DNA of 32,000 nucleotides. Source: Gemmata obscuriglobus (GTDB lineage Bacteria; Planctomycetota; Planctomycetia; Gemmatales; Gemmataceae). Below are positions 25,119 through 32,000 of the stretch, piece by piece; the stretch's first letter is position 1; every line of letters begins with the position of its first letter. Below the pieces are notes generated by a model. It saw only the letters and a program-made list of their open reading frames with translations. It searched no databases and had not been told where the DNA came from. The DNA lies in the NCBI RefSeq assembly GCF_008065095.1, contig NZ_CP042911.1, forward strand, positions 5,970,001 to 6,002,000, written 5' to 3'. The translations under genes and the position numbers were made by a program.

Positions 25119-25267
25119 TCTGCCGTGTTTGCGAAGGAGCCAGTTACCTGCTGTTCCTCAAGCTCCGGGAATACTGGCACTGCCCATGTTGCGGCGGAGC
25201 TGGTGTGAGCGTTCAGCACGGCCCGTCGGTGATCGGCCCCGGGACCAGAAGGCGGAAGAAGTCGTGA
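25115..25267 (+). CDS. small Zn-ribbon-like protein (50 aa)
   Basis: CRVC ... CPCC cysteine pairs and a basic tail RRRKKS. ATGA overlap upstream and GTGA overlap downstream. Confidence 0.4.
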   Translation: MICRVCEGASYLLFLKLREYWHCPCCGGAGVSVQHGPSVIGPGTRRRKKS

Positions 25268-25593
25268 CCCCGCTCGCGCAGACCGCCCTCGACTTCGCGC
25301 GAGAGTGCCTCAAGTGGCGGAAGGCGGAGTTCTCAGGAACGTCCCACACGGAATTGATGTGGTTCAACGCCCCGGGCGGAATTCGCTTCCTGCGCTTTGG
25401 CGACCTGAGCGCTGTGATGAGTGCTGTCCGCGAATGGTGCGACCGGACGGGATGCCGAATTGAGATGCACTACTCGCCCGATCAGAACGGCTTCGGTGTG
25501 CTGTGTGAGGGCGTTGACACCTGGGATGCCGATCCCTGCCACGCGCTCCTCGAAGCTTGCGTTGAAGCCAGTCGAAAACTGAAGATCGCGTAA
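25264..25593 (+). CDS. hypothetical protein (109 aa)
   Basis: GTG start overlapping the previous stop, in frame within track ORF 24967..25593. Confidence 0.5.
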   Translation: MTPLAQTALDFARECLKWRKAEFSGTSHTELMWFNAPGGIRFLRFGDLSAVMSAVREWCDRTGCRIEMHYSPDQNGFGVLCEGVDTWDADPCHALLEACVEASRKLKIA

Positions 25594-25672
25594 CCGCCCG
25601 ACAACCTGAACCCCGCGAGCAGAGGCACCGTGCCGCGTGCTCGGGACACCGCGCGCCCAAATGGAGACTCCG

Positions 25673-25864
25673 ATGAGCTTCGATTCGAGACTCGCCGAGG
25701 ACGTGATGTACGCATCGGCGTTTTGCCTCTGCGATGGATGGCCGGAGCTGGTTGACCTGACCCCGGCCGAACGGCTGGATCGCATCGTCGCGTACTTTGA
25801 AGCGGCGTTCATGGCCTACCGCGACGGGCTTGCGGGGTGGGTACCCGAGCCGAGCGCGAATTAA
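25673..25864 (+). CDS. hypothetical protein (63 aa)
   Basis: ATG at 25673 has GGAG 6 nt upstream. An alternative ATG is at 25661. Confidence 0.4.
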   Translation: MSFDSRLAEDVMYASAFCLCDGWPELVDLTPAERLDRIVAYFEAAFMAYRDGLAGWVPEPSAN

Positions 25865-25894
25865 GCACCACGAACTCGCAACAGGAGGAGCGCC

Positions 25895-26146
25895 GTGTTG
25901 ACCGTGAAGCAGGCCGCCGCGCACGCCTGCGTGTGCGAGTCTATCACCCGGGCGTGGGTCAAAAGGGGGCTGCTGCCGCACTTCCGCATGAGCGCGTCGG
26001 GCAAGCCGGGGCAGGGGAAGATACTGATTCAGGTGGAAGACCTCGACGGCGTGATGGCGGGATTCAAGTTGGGGGCGAAGGAGCCGGAGCCCGCCCCGGC
26101 CCCGGTGAATCGGCCGCGTTCGACGTTCAAGCACCTTAAGTTCTGA
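25895..26146 (+). CDS. xis: excisionase/AlpA-like helix-turn-helix DNA-binding protein (83 aa)
   Basis: LTVKQAAAHACVCESITRAWVKRGLLPHFRM is a typical Xis/MerR-type HTH. Strong SD AGGAGG precedes GTG 25895. Its 3' end overlaps the integrase 3' end by 11 nt. Confidence 0.7.
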   Translation: MLTVKQAAAHACVCESITRAWVKRGLLPHFRMSASGKPGQGKILIQVEDLDGVMAGFKLGAKEPEPAPAPVNRPRSTFKHLKF

Positions 26147-27323
26147 CGCCCGCCTCACCTCGCGGGCCGTTCGCCGCGTCCAGCAGGTGCTCGCAGTCCT
26201 TCGACAGCTCCTGGTAGTGCCGGGCCAGCATCCCGGTGTCCCGGTGCCCGAGCAGCGTCGCCACCGTGATCGGGTCGTGCCCCTCCTTCAGCTTGCGGGT
26301 CGCGAACAGGTGCCGCAGGTCGTACATGGCGAACCGCTTCTCCCCCTCCCGGGCCTTCGTCGCCCGCTCCCGCCGCCGCTCCGCCAGTGCTGCCACGTGC
26401 GCCGCCTTCGCCTTCGCCCGCTCGGCCGGGTCGGCGATCTTGTAGCCCTGGAACCGCGGCAGCTTTGGCACGGCGGCCTCCGCCCCCGACATCTTCACCA
26501 ACAGCCGCTGGAGCCGGCACACCAGCGCCTGGGCGGTCCACGGGTTGCCGTCCCGGTTGAGGAACAGCGGCCCGGTGGGCCGGAGGGCGGCCAGGCGGGC
26601 CAGCGTCGCGTGGGCGGCCGCGGACAGGTAGATCACCCGCCACCGCTTCTTCCCCTTCGCCTCCGGCGGCGGCAGTTCGACCCGGCGGAACTCCGGCCGC
26701 AGGTGCCGGGCCTCGATCCGCCGCGCCTCCTGCGGGCGGCACCCGGCCTCGTACGCGAAGGTGAGCAGGTCGCGGAACGGGTCGCTCTCGGCCACGTGCC
26801 CCAGCAGCGTCGCGAAGTCGGCCGCCGTCATGGTGGTGTCGCGCTTGGTCCGCCCCGGCTTCTCCACCCCGCGCAGGGGGTTGGCGGCCACGTACCCGAG
26901 CTTCTCCGCCCACGCGTACGCGCGGGTGACGTCGCCGATGGCGTTCCGCCGCTGGTTCGGCCCCCAGGCCGGTTTGGAGTCCGCCCACTCGGCCACGTGG
27001 AACGGCTTGAGGTCGGCGGCCGGGAGGGTGCGGGCGGTGCGGAGGTGGTCGCAGAACGACTGGACGTGCTTGCGGGCCAGCTCGTAGGTGCGGGGGCTGC
27101 GGTGCTTCTGGCACCAGTCGAGAAATTTTTCGAACACGTCGGCGGCGGTGCGGTCGGATCTGTTGGCGGGGGAAGGGGTCGGCTTCTCGGGCCGGGCCAT
27201 CAGTTCGTGGAACCGGCGGTCGGCCTCCTTCTTGTCGGGGCCGAGGTTGTGCCGGGTGCCGTCGATGGTGACGAAATAGGCGTTACGGTCTTCGCGGAAC
27301 CAGGGCTTCGGTGTGCGGGCCAT
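26136..27323 (-). CDS. int: tyrosine recombinase / phage-type integrase (395 aa)
   Basis: Box I ..AGCRPQEARRIE... Box II YDLRHLFAT ... LLGHRDTGMLARHY supplies the R..HxxR..H..Y catalytic set. The start at ATG 27323 (MARTPKPWF) is typical of the N-terminal arm-binding domain. Confidence 0.9.
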   Translation of the reverse strand: MARTPKPWFREDRNAYFVTIDGTRHNLGPDKKEADRRFHELMARPEKPTPSPANRSDRTAADVFEKFLDWCQKHRSPRTYELARKHVQSFCDHLRTARTLPAADLKPFHVAEWADSKPAWGPNQRRNAIGDVTRAYAWAEKLGYVAANPLRGVEKPGRTKRDTTMTAADFATLLGHVAESDPFRDLLTFAYEAGCRPQEARRIEARHLRPEFRRVELPPPEAKGKKRWRVIYLSAAAHATLARLAALRPTGPLFLNRDGNPWTAQALVCRLQRLLVKMSGAEAAVPKLPRFQGYKIADPAERAKAKAAHVAALAERRRERATKAREGEKRFAMYDLRHLFATRKLKEGHDPITVATLLGHRDTGMLARHYQELSKDCEHLLDAANGPRGEAGVRT

Positions 27324-27708
27324 AGGAAACACCCCTGAAAAGTGCGTGACAAAAGCCACAGCACCCGTCAGGGGTATTATTCCGTACCGCGATTCTGTAC
27401 CAAGTGTCCCGTCGCGAAACCGTTCTCGCCACAAACCCTTGGTATTTCAAGCTCCTCGAGCACAACACTCTTCGAACTCCAACAGGTCTCCACGCGCGAG
27501 ACTTTTCGGCACCGTATCGCGTCGAAGCACTGGAAATCACAGCGTTTCGTGGGAAAGGAGCCTAGGCGTACGCTGTTCACCGATCGGCCGTTCAGATCGC
27601 GTTCGGTGTCCGAGGAAAACACTCCTCGAACCTCTCGATGTCTCTCTGCTATTAACTCGCGGGTTCGGCTGTCGTGTCAGCAAAACTGACACCGCCTCCG
27701 GTTAACGG

Positions 27709-28158
27709 GTGCGCGACTTTTGGTCCGTCAAGATCCCGCGCACCGGCATCGCAGCCGTTCGCGGTGCCTCCGTCGAGCCGGTGACCCACTTGCTGATCGA
27801 CCACGACACCAAACACGCGGCGAACTTTGACACCGTGTTCGAGGCGCAAGAGGTCGAGGTGAAGCGGGTGGGGCCGCGTGCCCCGAACATGAATGCGTAC
27901 GCCGAGCGTTGGGTGCAGACCCTGCGTCAGGAGTGTCTGCACCACTTCCTCGTACTGGGCGCGGGGCACCTGGGCCACCTGGTAAAGGATTTCGTGGCCC
28001 ATTACAACGCGGAGCGGCCGCACCAGGCTAAGGACAACATGCCGCTCCCCGTGGCCGACGAGCCGGAGCCGCGGATCCTGACGTTCCCGACCGGCCGGGT
28101 GGAGTGCAAGGAGCGGTTCGGTGGGCTGCTGAAGCACTACTACCGGGCCGCAGCCTGA
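27709..28158 (+). pseudogene. 5'-truncated rve (integrase-core) transposase fragment
   Basis: LLIDHDTKHAANFDTVF ... PRAPNMNAYAERWVQTLRQECL ... YNAERPHQA is only the C-terminal third of an IS481/IS3-type DDE domain. No N-terminal HTH or first catalytic D is present. Confidence 0.7.
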
Positions 28159-28368
28159 CACATCTCGTGCGCTCTCAGCCGCTGAGATGCCGTTGCCGCC
28201 GCCCTGCGGTGGGCGGTGCCCGCACGCACCGTCGAGTCGCTTCGGTGTCACTGTGCTGGGTTCTGGGCGGGCCATGCCAGATCTTGAGACATCGACTCGC
28301 CGCCCTGACAGGGGCGCCCCCCTTTCGGGACCGCCACCCCACCACGGTCAAGATTTTGCAAAGGACGT

Positions 28369-30303
28369 TCAAGGCTTTGGCTTGAGCGTCTTTGACAGCT
28401 TGTCGTCCTCTAGCCATTGGTTGCAGTCGAATCGCACCGTTGGCCGCCCTTTCCGTGCCACCGTAATGTACTCCAAGTGCCACCCCGCAGCCGGGTTCTT
28501 CCCGTCGCTGCGCACCGTTAGGCCGCTCAGTTCGCCCACGTCCTTCACGTTCTTCAGGGTGCAAGTGTCGGTCTGGTTCCGCTCGAACGCGTTGCCTGTA
28601 ACCAAGTCGTTCAACTTGTGCTCCCCGGTCGAGCCGTCCTTACCGACGATGGTGACGAACACGCCCGCGTCTGTGCCGGCGAGGCTCTTGTCGCTCGTTT
28701 TGATCGTGAGCACGTAATCGACGTTAAGGGCACCGGGCAAGACCTTCGGGTTGGTCGGGCGGTCCTCGCCGTTCTGCTTCATGAACACCCGACCGTACCC
28801 GGCCGGGTACCGGGCAATGACCATCTGCTTGTCGTTGACCCGCCACTGATTACTGCCATCAAGCGTTTCCGCGAACCCGAGCATTGCGTTGTCCTCAGTC
28901 AGTAACACGCCCGCGGGCGCGCCGAGCTTGGCCATTAGCCGGTTCACCTCGTCCTTCGCAAGGAAGCTGAGCTTGATCATGGCGACCGTGTTGTAAGCGG
29001 GTGGAACGCGGCGGTAGTCGATCCACCCGCCCTTCGGGTCCAGTTTGAGTTCCTTCTCGTCGAACTCTTTCCGAGTGATCCGCTTGCCATAATCAAGCGG
29101 GGGCTGGTCCATCCACTTGTCGAACTCGGTCGCGTCGGCGAGCAATGCCTTCGCCAACTCCTCTGCGGTCAACCCGGTGGCGGACTTGGTAACGTGGTTG
29201 AGGACACTGAGTTTCACCTGCTTGATGAAATCCTGCAGGGCCACGAGCCCGAGCGCCTTGGCCACCGTCTCGAACGCCACGACCGTCTTCCCGACCGCGT
29301 CCGGCAGGCCTGCCATCGACATCAGCGCCGGCTTGAAGGCGTCGAGGATCTCCCGCGCCTTCGCCAGGTCGGCCTTCCCGGTTGGGTTGAACATCAGCGC
29401 GAGCGCAAGTTCGTGGCTCACCTTCGGCAGCTTCTCCAAGCCGGCATCGATGTCCGCGATCCATGCCTTCTGGTACCACGTGAGCGGGGTCGGGATGGCG
29501 GTCGCCCGCACGTCGGCGTAGAGCGTGTTGCGCAACGCGGTGAACTGAGCCGCAAGCGTGAGTTTCACGTTGTCGCCGGTGAGCAGTTGGGCGAGGGGCG
29601 TGCCCGGACGGCCGGCTATCATCTGTCGGTGAATGAACCCGTCCACCCCGTCGCCGATGCTGGTCTTGTACGTTGGGGCCGGCACGTACTTGTCGAAGTA
29701 CCCTTCGACGACAATGTGGCGGATTGCGTTCTTCGGTTCGGTCTGGAAGTTGAACGCATCGCCGGTGTAGTAGTTCACGCAGGTGTGCCCGTACAGGTCG
29801 CCGGCCGCGTGCGCCAGGAAGCCGGCCACGAACGCGCGCGTGGCCGGCGTGGCGTCCGGCCCTTTCCCAGTGTAGGCCGCCACCCACAGGTGTCGCAGCC
29901 ACGGGTCGGGCCCGGGACCGTTCTTGTTCACGTCCACGCCGGTCTCGCCGGTGGTTAACTTGCCCGCAGGGTGAATGATCTGCTGCCCGGTCAGGATGTC
30001 CGGGAACGCATCCGGCCCCAGCACCCCGGCCCGGAACTGGTCCGGGTATCTCCTGAGTGCCTCCAGGATGCGCGGGTCTACCATGTAGTCGCCGATTTTG
30101 ACCGGCTTACCGTCCACGCCCTTCCTAAGCTGATTCGTGGTTGGGTCCACCTCGTAGAAGGTGACTAGACCATCGTCGTTCGCATCCTTCATCGCTTCCT
30201 CAGCGAGGTAGACGTGCGTTTTGGGCTTCCACGCGAGCGCCGGCTGCGAGGCGAAAGGCAGTATGCACACTGCGACTGCGGAGAGATAAACGTGACGGAA
30301 CAC
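28369..30303 (-). CDS. secreted zinc-dependent phospholipase C family protein with C-terminal PLAT/LH2 domain (644 aa)
   Basis: GTG 30303 is preceded by GAGGAG. The signal peptide ends ALA|W, so Trp would be the mature N-terminus as in Zn-PLCs (WKPKTHVYLAEEA). FLAHAAGDLYGH is a metal-binding-like block. The C-terminal YVLTIKTSDKSLAGTDAGVFVTIVGKDGS...W.LEYITV is a PLAT signature. Confidence 0.8.
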   Translation of the reverse strand: MFRHVYLSAVAVCILPFASQPALAWKPKTHVYLAEEAMKDANDDGLVTFYEVDPTTNQLRKGVDGKPVKIGDYMVDPRILEALRRYPDQFRAGVLGPDAFPDILTGQQIIHPAGKLTTGETGVDVNKNGPGPDPWLRHLWVAAYTGKGPDATPATRAFVAGFLAHAAGDLYGHTCVNYYTGDAFNFQTEPKNAIRHIVVEGYFDKYVPAPTYKTSIGDGVDGFIHRQMIAGRPGTPLAQLLTGDNVKLTLAAQFTALRNTLYADVRATAIPTPLTWYQKAWIADIDAGLEKLPKVSHELALALMFNPTGKADLAKAREILDAFKPALMSMAGLPDAVGKTVVAFETVAKALGLVALQDFIKQVKLSVLNHVTKSATGLTAEELAKALLADATEFDKWMDQPPLDYGKRITRKEFDEKELKLDPKGGWIDYRRVPPAYNTVAMIKLSFLAKDEVNRLMAKLGAPAGVLLTEDNAMLGFAETLDGSNQWRVNDKQMVIARYPAGYGRVFMKQNGEDRPTNPKVLPGALNVDYVLTIKTSDKSLAGTDAGVFVTIVGKDGSTGEHKLNDLVTGNAFERNQTDTCTLKNVKDVGELSGLTVRSDGKNPAAGWHLEYITVARKGRPTVRFDCNQWLEDDKLSKTLKPKP

Positions 30304-30459
30304 GCGGGCTCCTCGGGGTCGGGAAAGGCGGCAAGGTGAACAGCAACAATCTGTGTTGGGCATGAATGCGGCGCCGGCTCCCTAACTGACCGTAATAATC
30401 GCAAAAACGATAATTGTTTTTAGAAACAAACACAAATCCGTGTACCGATCGAGCTCCAC

Positions 30460-31143
30460 TTAACGCCTGCCCGTCGCTTGTACCAAGTACGCCTTCCGCC
30501 GTTCGATCCGGTCCTTCGGTACCCCCGGCCAGTTGGCTGGATCGGCCATCACTTTGGCTAACCCGACCGAGTCGTTCTTGACTGCCAAGGGCTGCACTAG
30601 TTTTCGCGACGCCGGTGTGTAGTCGCCCCGGAAACGGAGGTCGACAAGCACATCTCGCACCTTCGGATCGAGCTTGTCCCAGTCCACTTTGCCGTAGGTC
30701 TCAACTACATCATTCTTTTCGCAGATCCGCTTCACGTCAGCAGCCGCCTCGTCGTAGCTGATGGCGAACAGAGCCTTCTGCTGGGCTCGGGTGATTTCCA
30801 CTTCGGCGAGGTTGGCTTTGACGTAGGCTTTGGCGTCGTCGCCCTTCTTACCAGCCCCGTCGGCCAGAGACTTAGCGGTCGGTCCTGGCACCCCCGCTGC
30901 CGTCAAGTCTTTCTCGGCCTGCGCGATCGACCGCTCCTTCAGGTCGTACCCGCGGCCGATCGTCACACCGGACGACGCCGACGGGACGTGCGGGCGCCGG
31001 CTGAAGTGCACTGATTTGGGGTCATCGTTCCCCTCGGCGTCGAACGTGAGCTGGCCGCGCGGAACTTTGAGATCGTCGTTTGCGGCAGTAGAGGTTGTAA
31101 CGACGATGGCGAGTAGACAGGCGGCGAACGGGAGCCGGATCAT
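30460..31143 (-). CDS. secreted pesticin-type / T4-lysozyme-like muramidase (227 aa)
   Basis: Signal peptide MIRLPFAACLLAIVVTTSTAA. FDAEG...SSGVTIGRGYDL matches the E...(D)...T catalytic layout of the pesticin C-terminal lysozyme fold (from memory). SD GAGGT lies upstream of ATG 31143. Confidence 0.7.
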   Translation of the reverse strand: MIRLPFAACLLAIVVTTSTAANDDLKVPRGQLTFDAEGNDDPKSVHFSRRPHVPSASSGVTIGRGYDLKERSIAQAEKDLTAAGVPGPTAKSLADGAGKKGDDAKAYVKANLAEVEITRAQQKALFAISYDEAAADVKRICEKNDVVETYGKVDWDKLDPKVRDVLVDLRFRGDYTPASRKLVQPLAVKNDSVGLAKVMADPANWPGVPKDRIERRKAYLVQATGRR

Positions 31144-31192
31144 TTCGGACCTCGGGTTCGGGTACAGCAACGTTGCGATCAGGTCGGCCCGG

Positions 31193-31996
31193 TCACTTAA
31201 ACTTGATTACCCAATAAACGACCACGTTCACCGGACGTGTCTCAGCATCGCCACCACCGGTGATCTCGTGGACGTGGTCACCGTCTTTTTCAAGTGGCAG
31301 TTGGCTCTTTTTGTTTTCATCGTTAATACTGGTTACTGTGTGGGCATTTTCCGCGGCGCCACCCGCTTTTCGGGATGCTTTGAGTTCCATCTTGAGAGGG
31401 TGGCTGTGAGCACCCTTTTTATCAGTTGTGAACGCGTCCTTGCCGGCGGGGCGCGCCGTCGCGTATCCCTGGCTCAGACCAACTGTTCGTGGCTCGCCTT
31501 TGTCTCGACCAGCTGGGCCCATGAAGGGGGACGTGTCGAGACCGCGGAGGAAGTACCCCCGGTAGTCGGGTAAGTGGAGAGCGTGTGGTGCCGACCTCTG
31601 TGGGATATAATTTGGACCGTCCAAAACAGCTCTCAGTTCCCACAGATCGGCGCGAACCCCGTCGAGGGACTTGTCCTCCCACTTCCGGCCGTCGCACAGG
31701 AGCCAACCGATTTCCGCCTCGGTCCAAACACCGCCGTCGCTCCTCTTCGGCGGCCATGTCCCAGCGAACGCCGTAACCGTCCCGACCGGCGGGCTGGTCC
31801 GCGACAGGTGGGAAACGTCTTCGGCCGTCTTGGTCGTCGTCAGGCGGTCGGCTAAGAGGGCGGCCTTCAATTCAGCAACCTCCTGGCGCAGTTTGGCCAC
31901 ATCGTCGGACTCGGCTGGCTTCATTCCGAACACCGCCACGGCCGCTACCACGGCCGCTCCGCACCCTGCCGCGGTGAGCCCCGATCGCCTGGTCAT
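31193..31996 (-). CDS. phage tail-collar-domain protein (MdpB-like), exported (267 aa)
   Basis: N-terminal RR-containing signal/anchor, then a coiled segment. PVGTVTAFAG...GWLLCDG...LPDYRGYFLRG...ETRPVNVVVYWVIK matches the tail collar domain (PF07484). Confidence 0.75.
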   Translation of the reverse strand: MTRRSGLTAAGCGAAVVAAVAVFGMKPAESDDVAKLRQEVAELKAALLADRLTTTKTAEDVSHLSRTSPPVGTVTAFAGTWPPKRSDGGVWTEAEIGWLLCDGRKWEDKSLDGVRADLWELRAVLDGPNYIPQRSAPHALHLPDYRGYFLRGLDTSPFMGPAGRDKGEPRTVGLSQGYATARPAGKDAFTTDKKGAHSHPLKMELKASRKAGGAAENAHTVTSINDENKKSQLPLEKDGDHVHEITGGGDAETRPVNVVVYWVIKFK

Positions 31997-32000
31997 AGCT

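Noticed and set aside
26155-27338. Alternative-frame ORFs overlapping the integrase gene (26155..27114 -, 26187..27338 +)
   Set aside because: They are GC-rich shadow frames with no motifs. The integrase frame has the full catalytic signature.
1-32000. CRISPR arrays, rRNA genes, or other tandem repeat arrays
   Set aside because: I saw no regularly spaced short direct repeats. The only long repeat is the pair of ISH3-like copies, and no rRNA-like conserved segments were recognised.

Overview
GC-rich bacterial window, about 60-65% GC by eye. The protein repertoire and IS load are reminiscent of Planctomycetota, but that is inference only and nothing was searched. The centre, roughly 3.5-27.5 kb, looks like an integrated and decaying conjugative or mobilizable element. 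Its right end carries a tyrosine integrase (26136..27323, -) converging on an excisionase-like HTH gene (25895..26146, +). Inside it are a TraG/VirD4-type coupling protein, a ParB-like protein, a short ECF-type sigma factor, a pentapeptide-repeat protein and a small-ORF / Pol-beta nucleotidyltransferase / SNase-like nuclease operon. It also holds a 1,728-codon DarB-like N6-methyltransferase + SNF2 helicase gene that two IS insertions cut into three in-frame pieces. I can delimit five IS insertions with inverted repeats and target-site duplications: IS3-family 5477..6709, IS4-like 7457..9053, an ISBst12/IS66-like element 18162..19737, and two copies of a 1,257-bp ISH3-like element at 12964..14220 and 22004..23260, for which I detected a single difference. 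No relaxase or mating-pore genes are visible. The left flank holds a partial ISKra4-like transposase, several very small ORFs with good intrinsic terminators, and an aberrant initiator-like tRNA gene with anticodon AAU at 3144..3216 (-). The right flank holds a 5'-truncated rve-transposase fragment and three secreted-protein genes: a Zn-phospholipase C with a PLAT domain, a pesticin-type lysozyme, and a phage tail-collar-domain protein. I see no rRNA and no CRISPR array. Family names come from remembered motifs, not searches. Coordinates of starts and IS ends were checked against the ORF-track reading frames.
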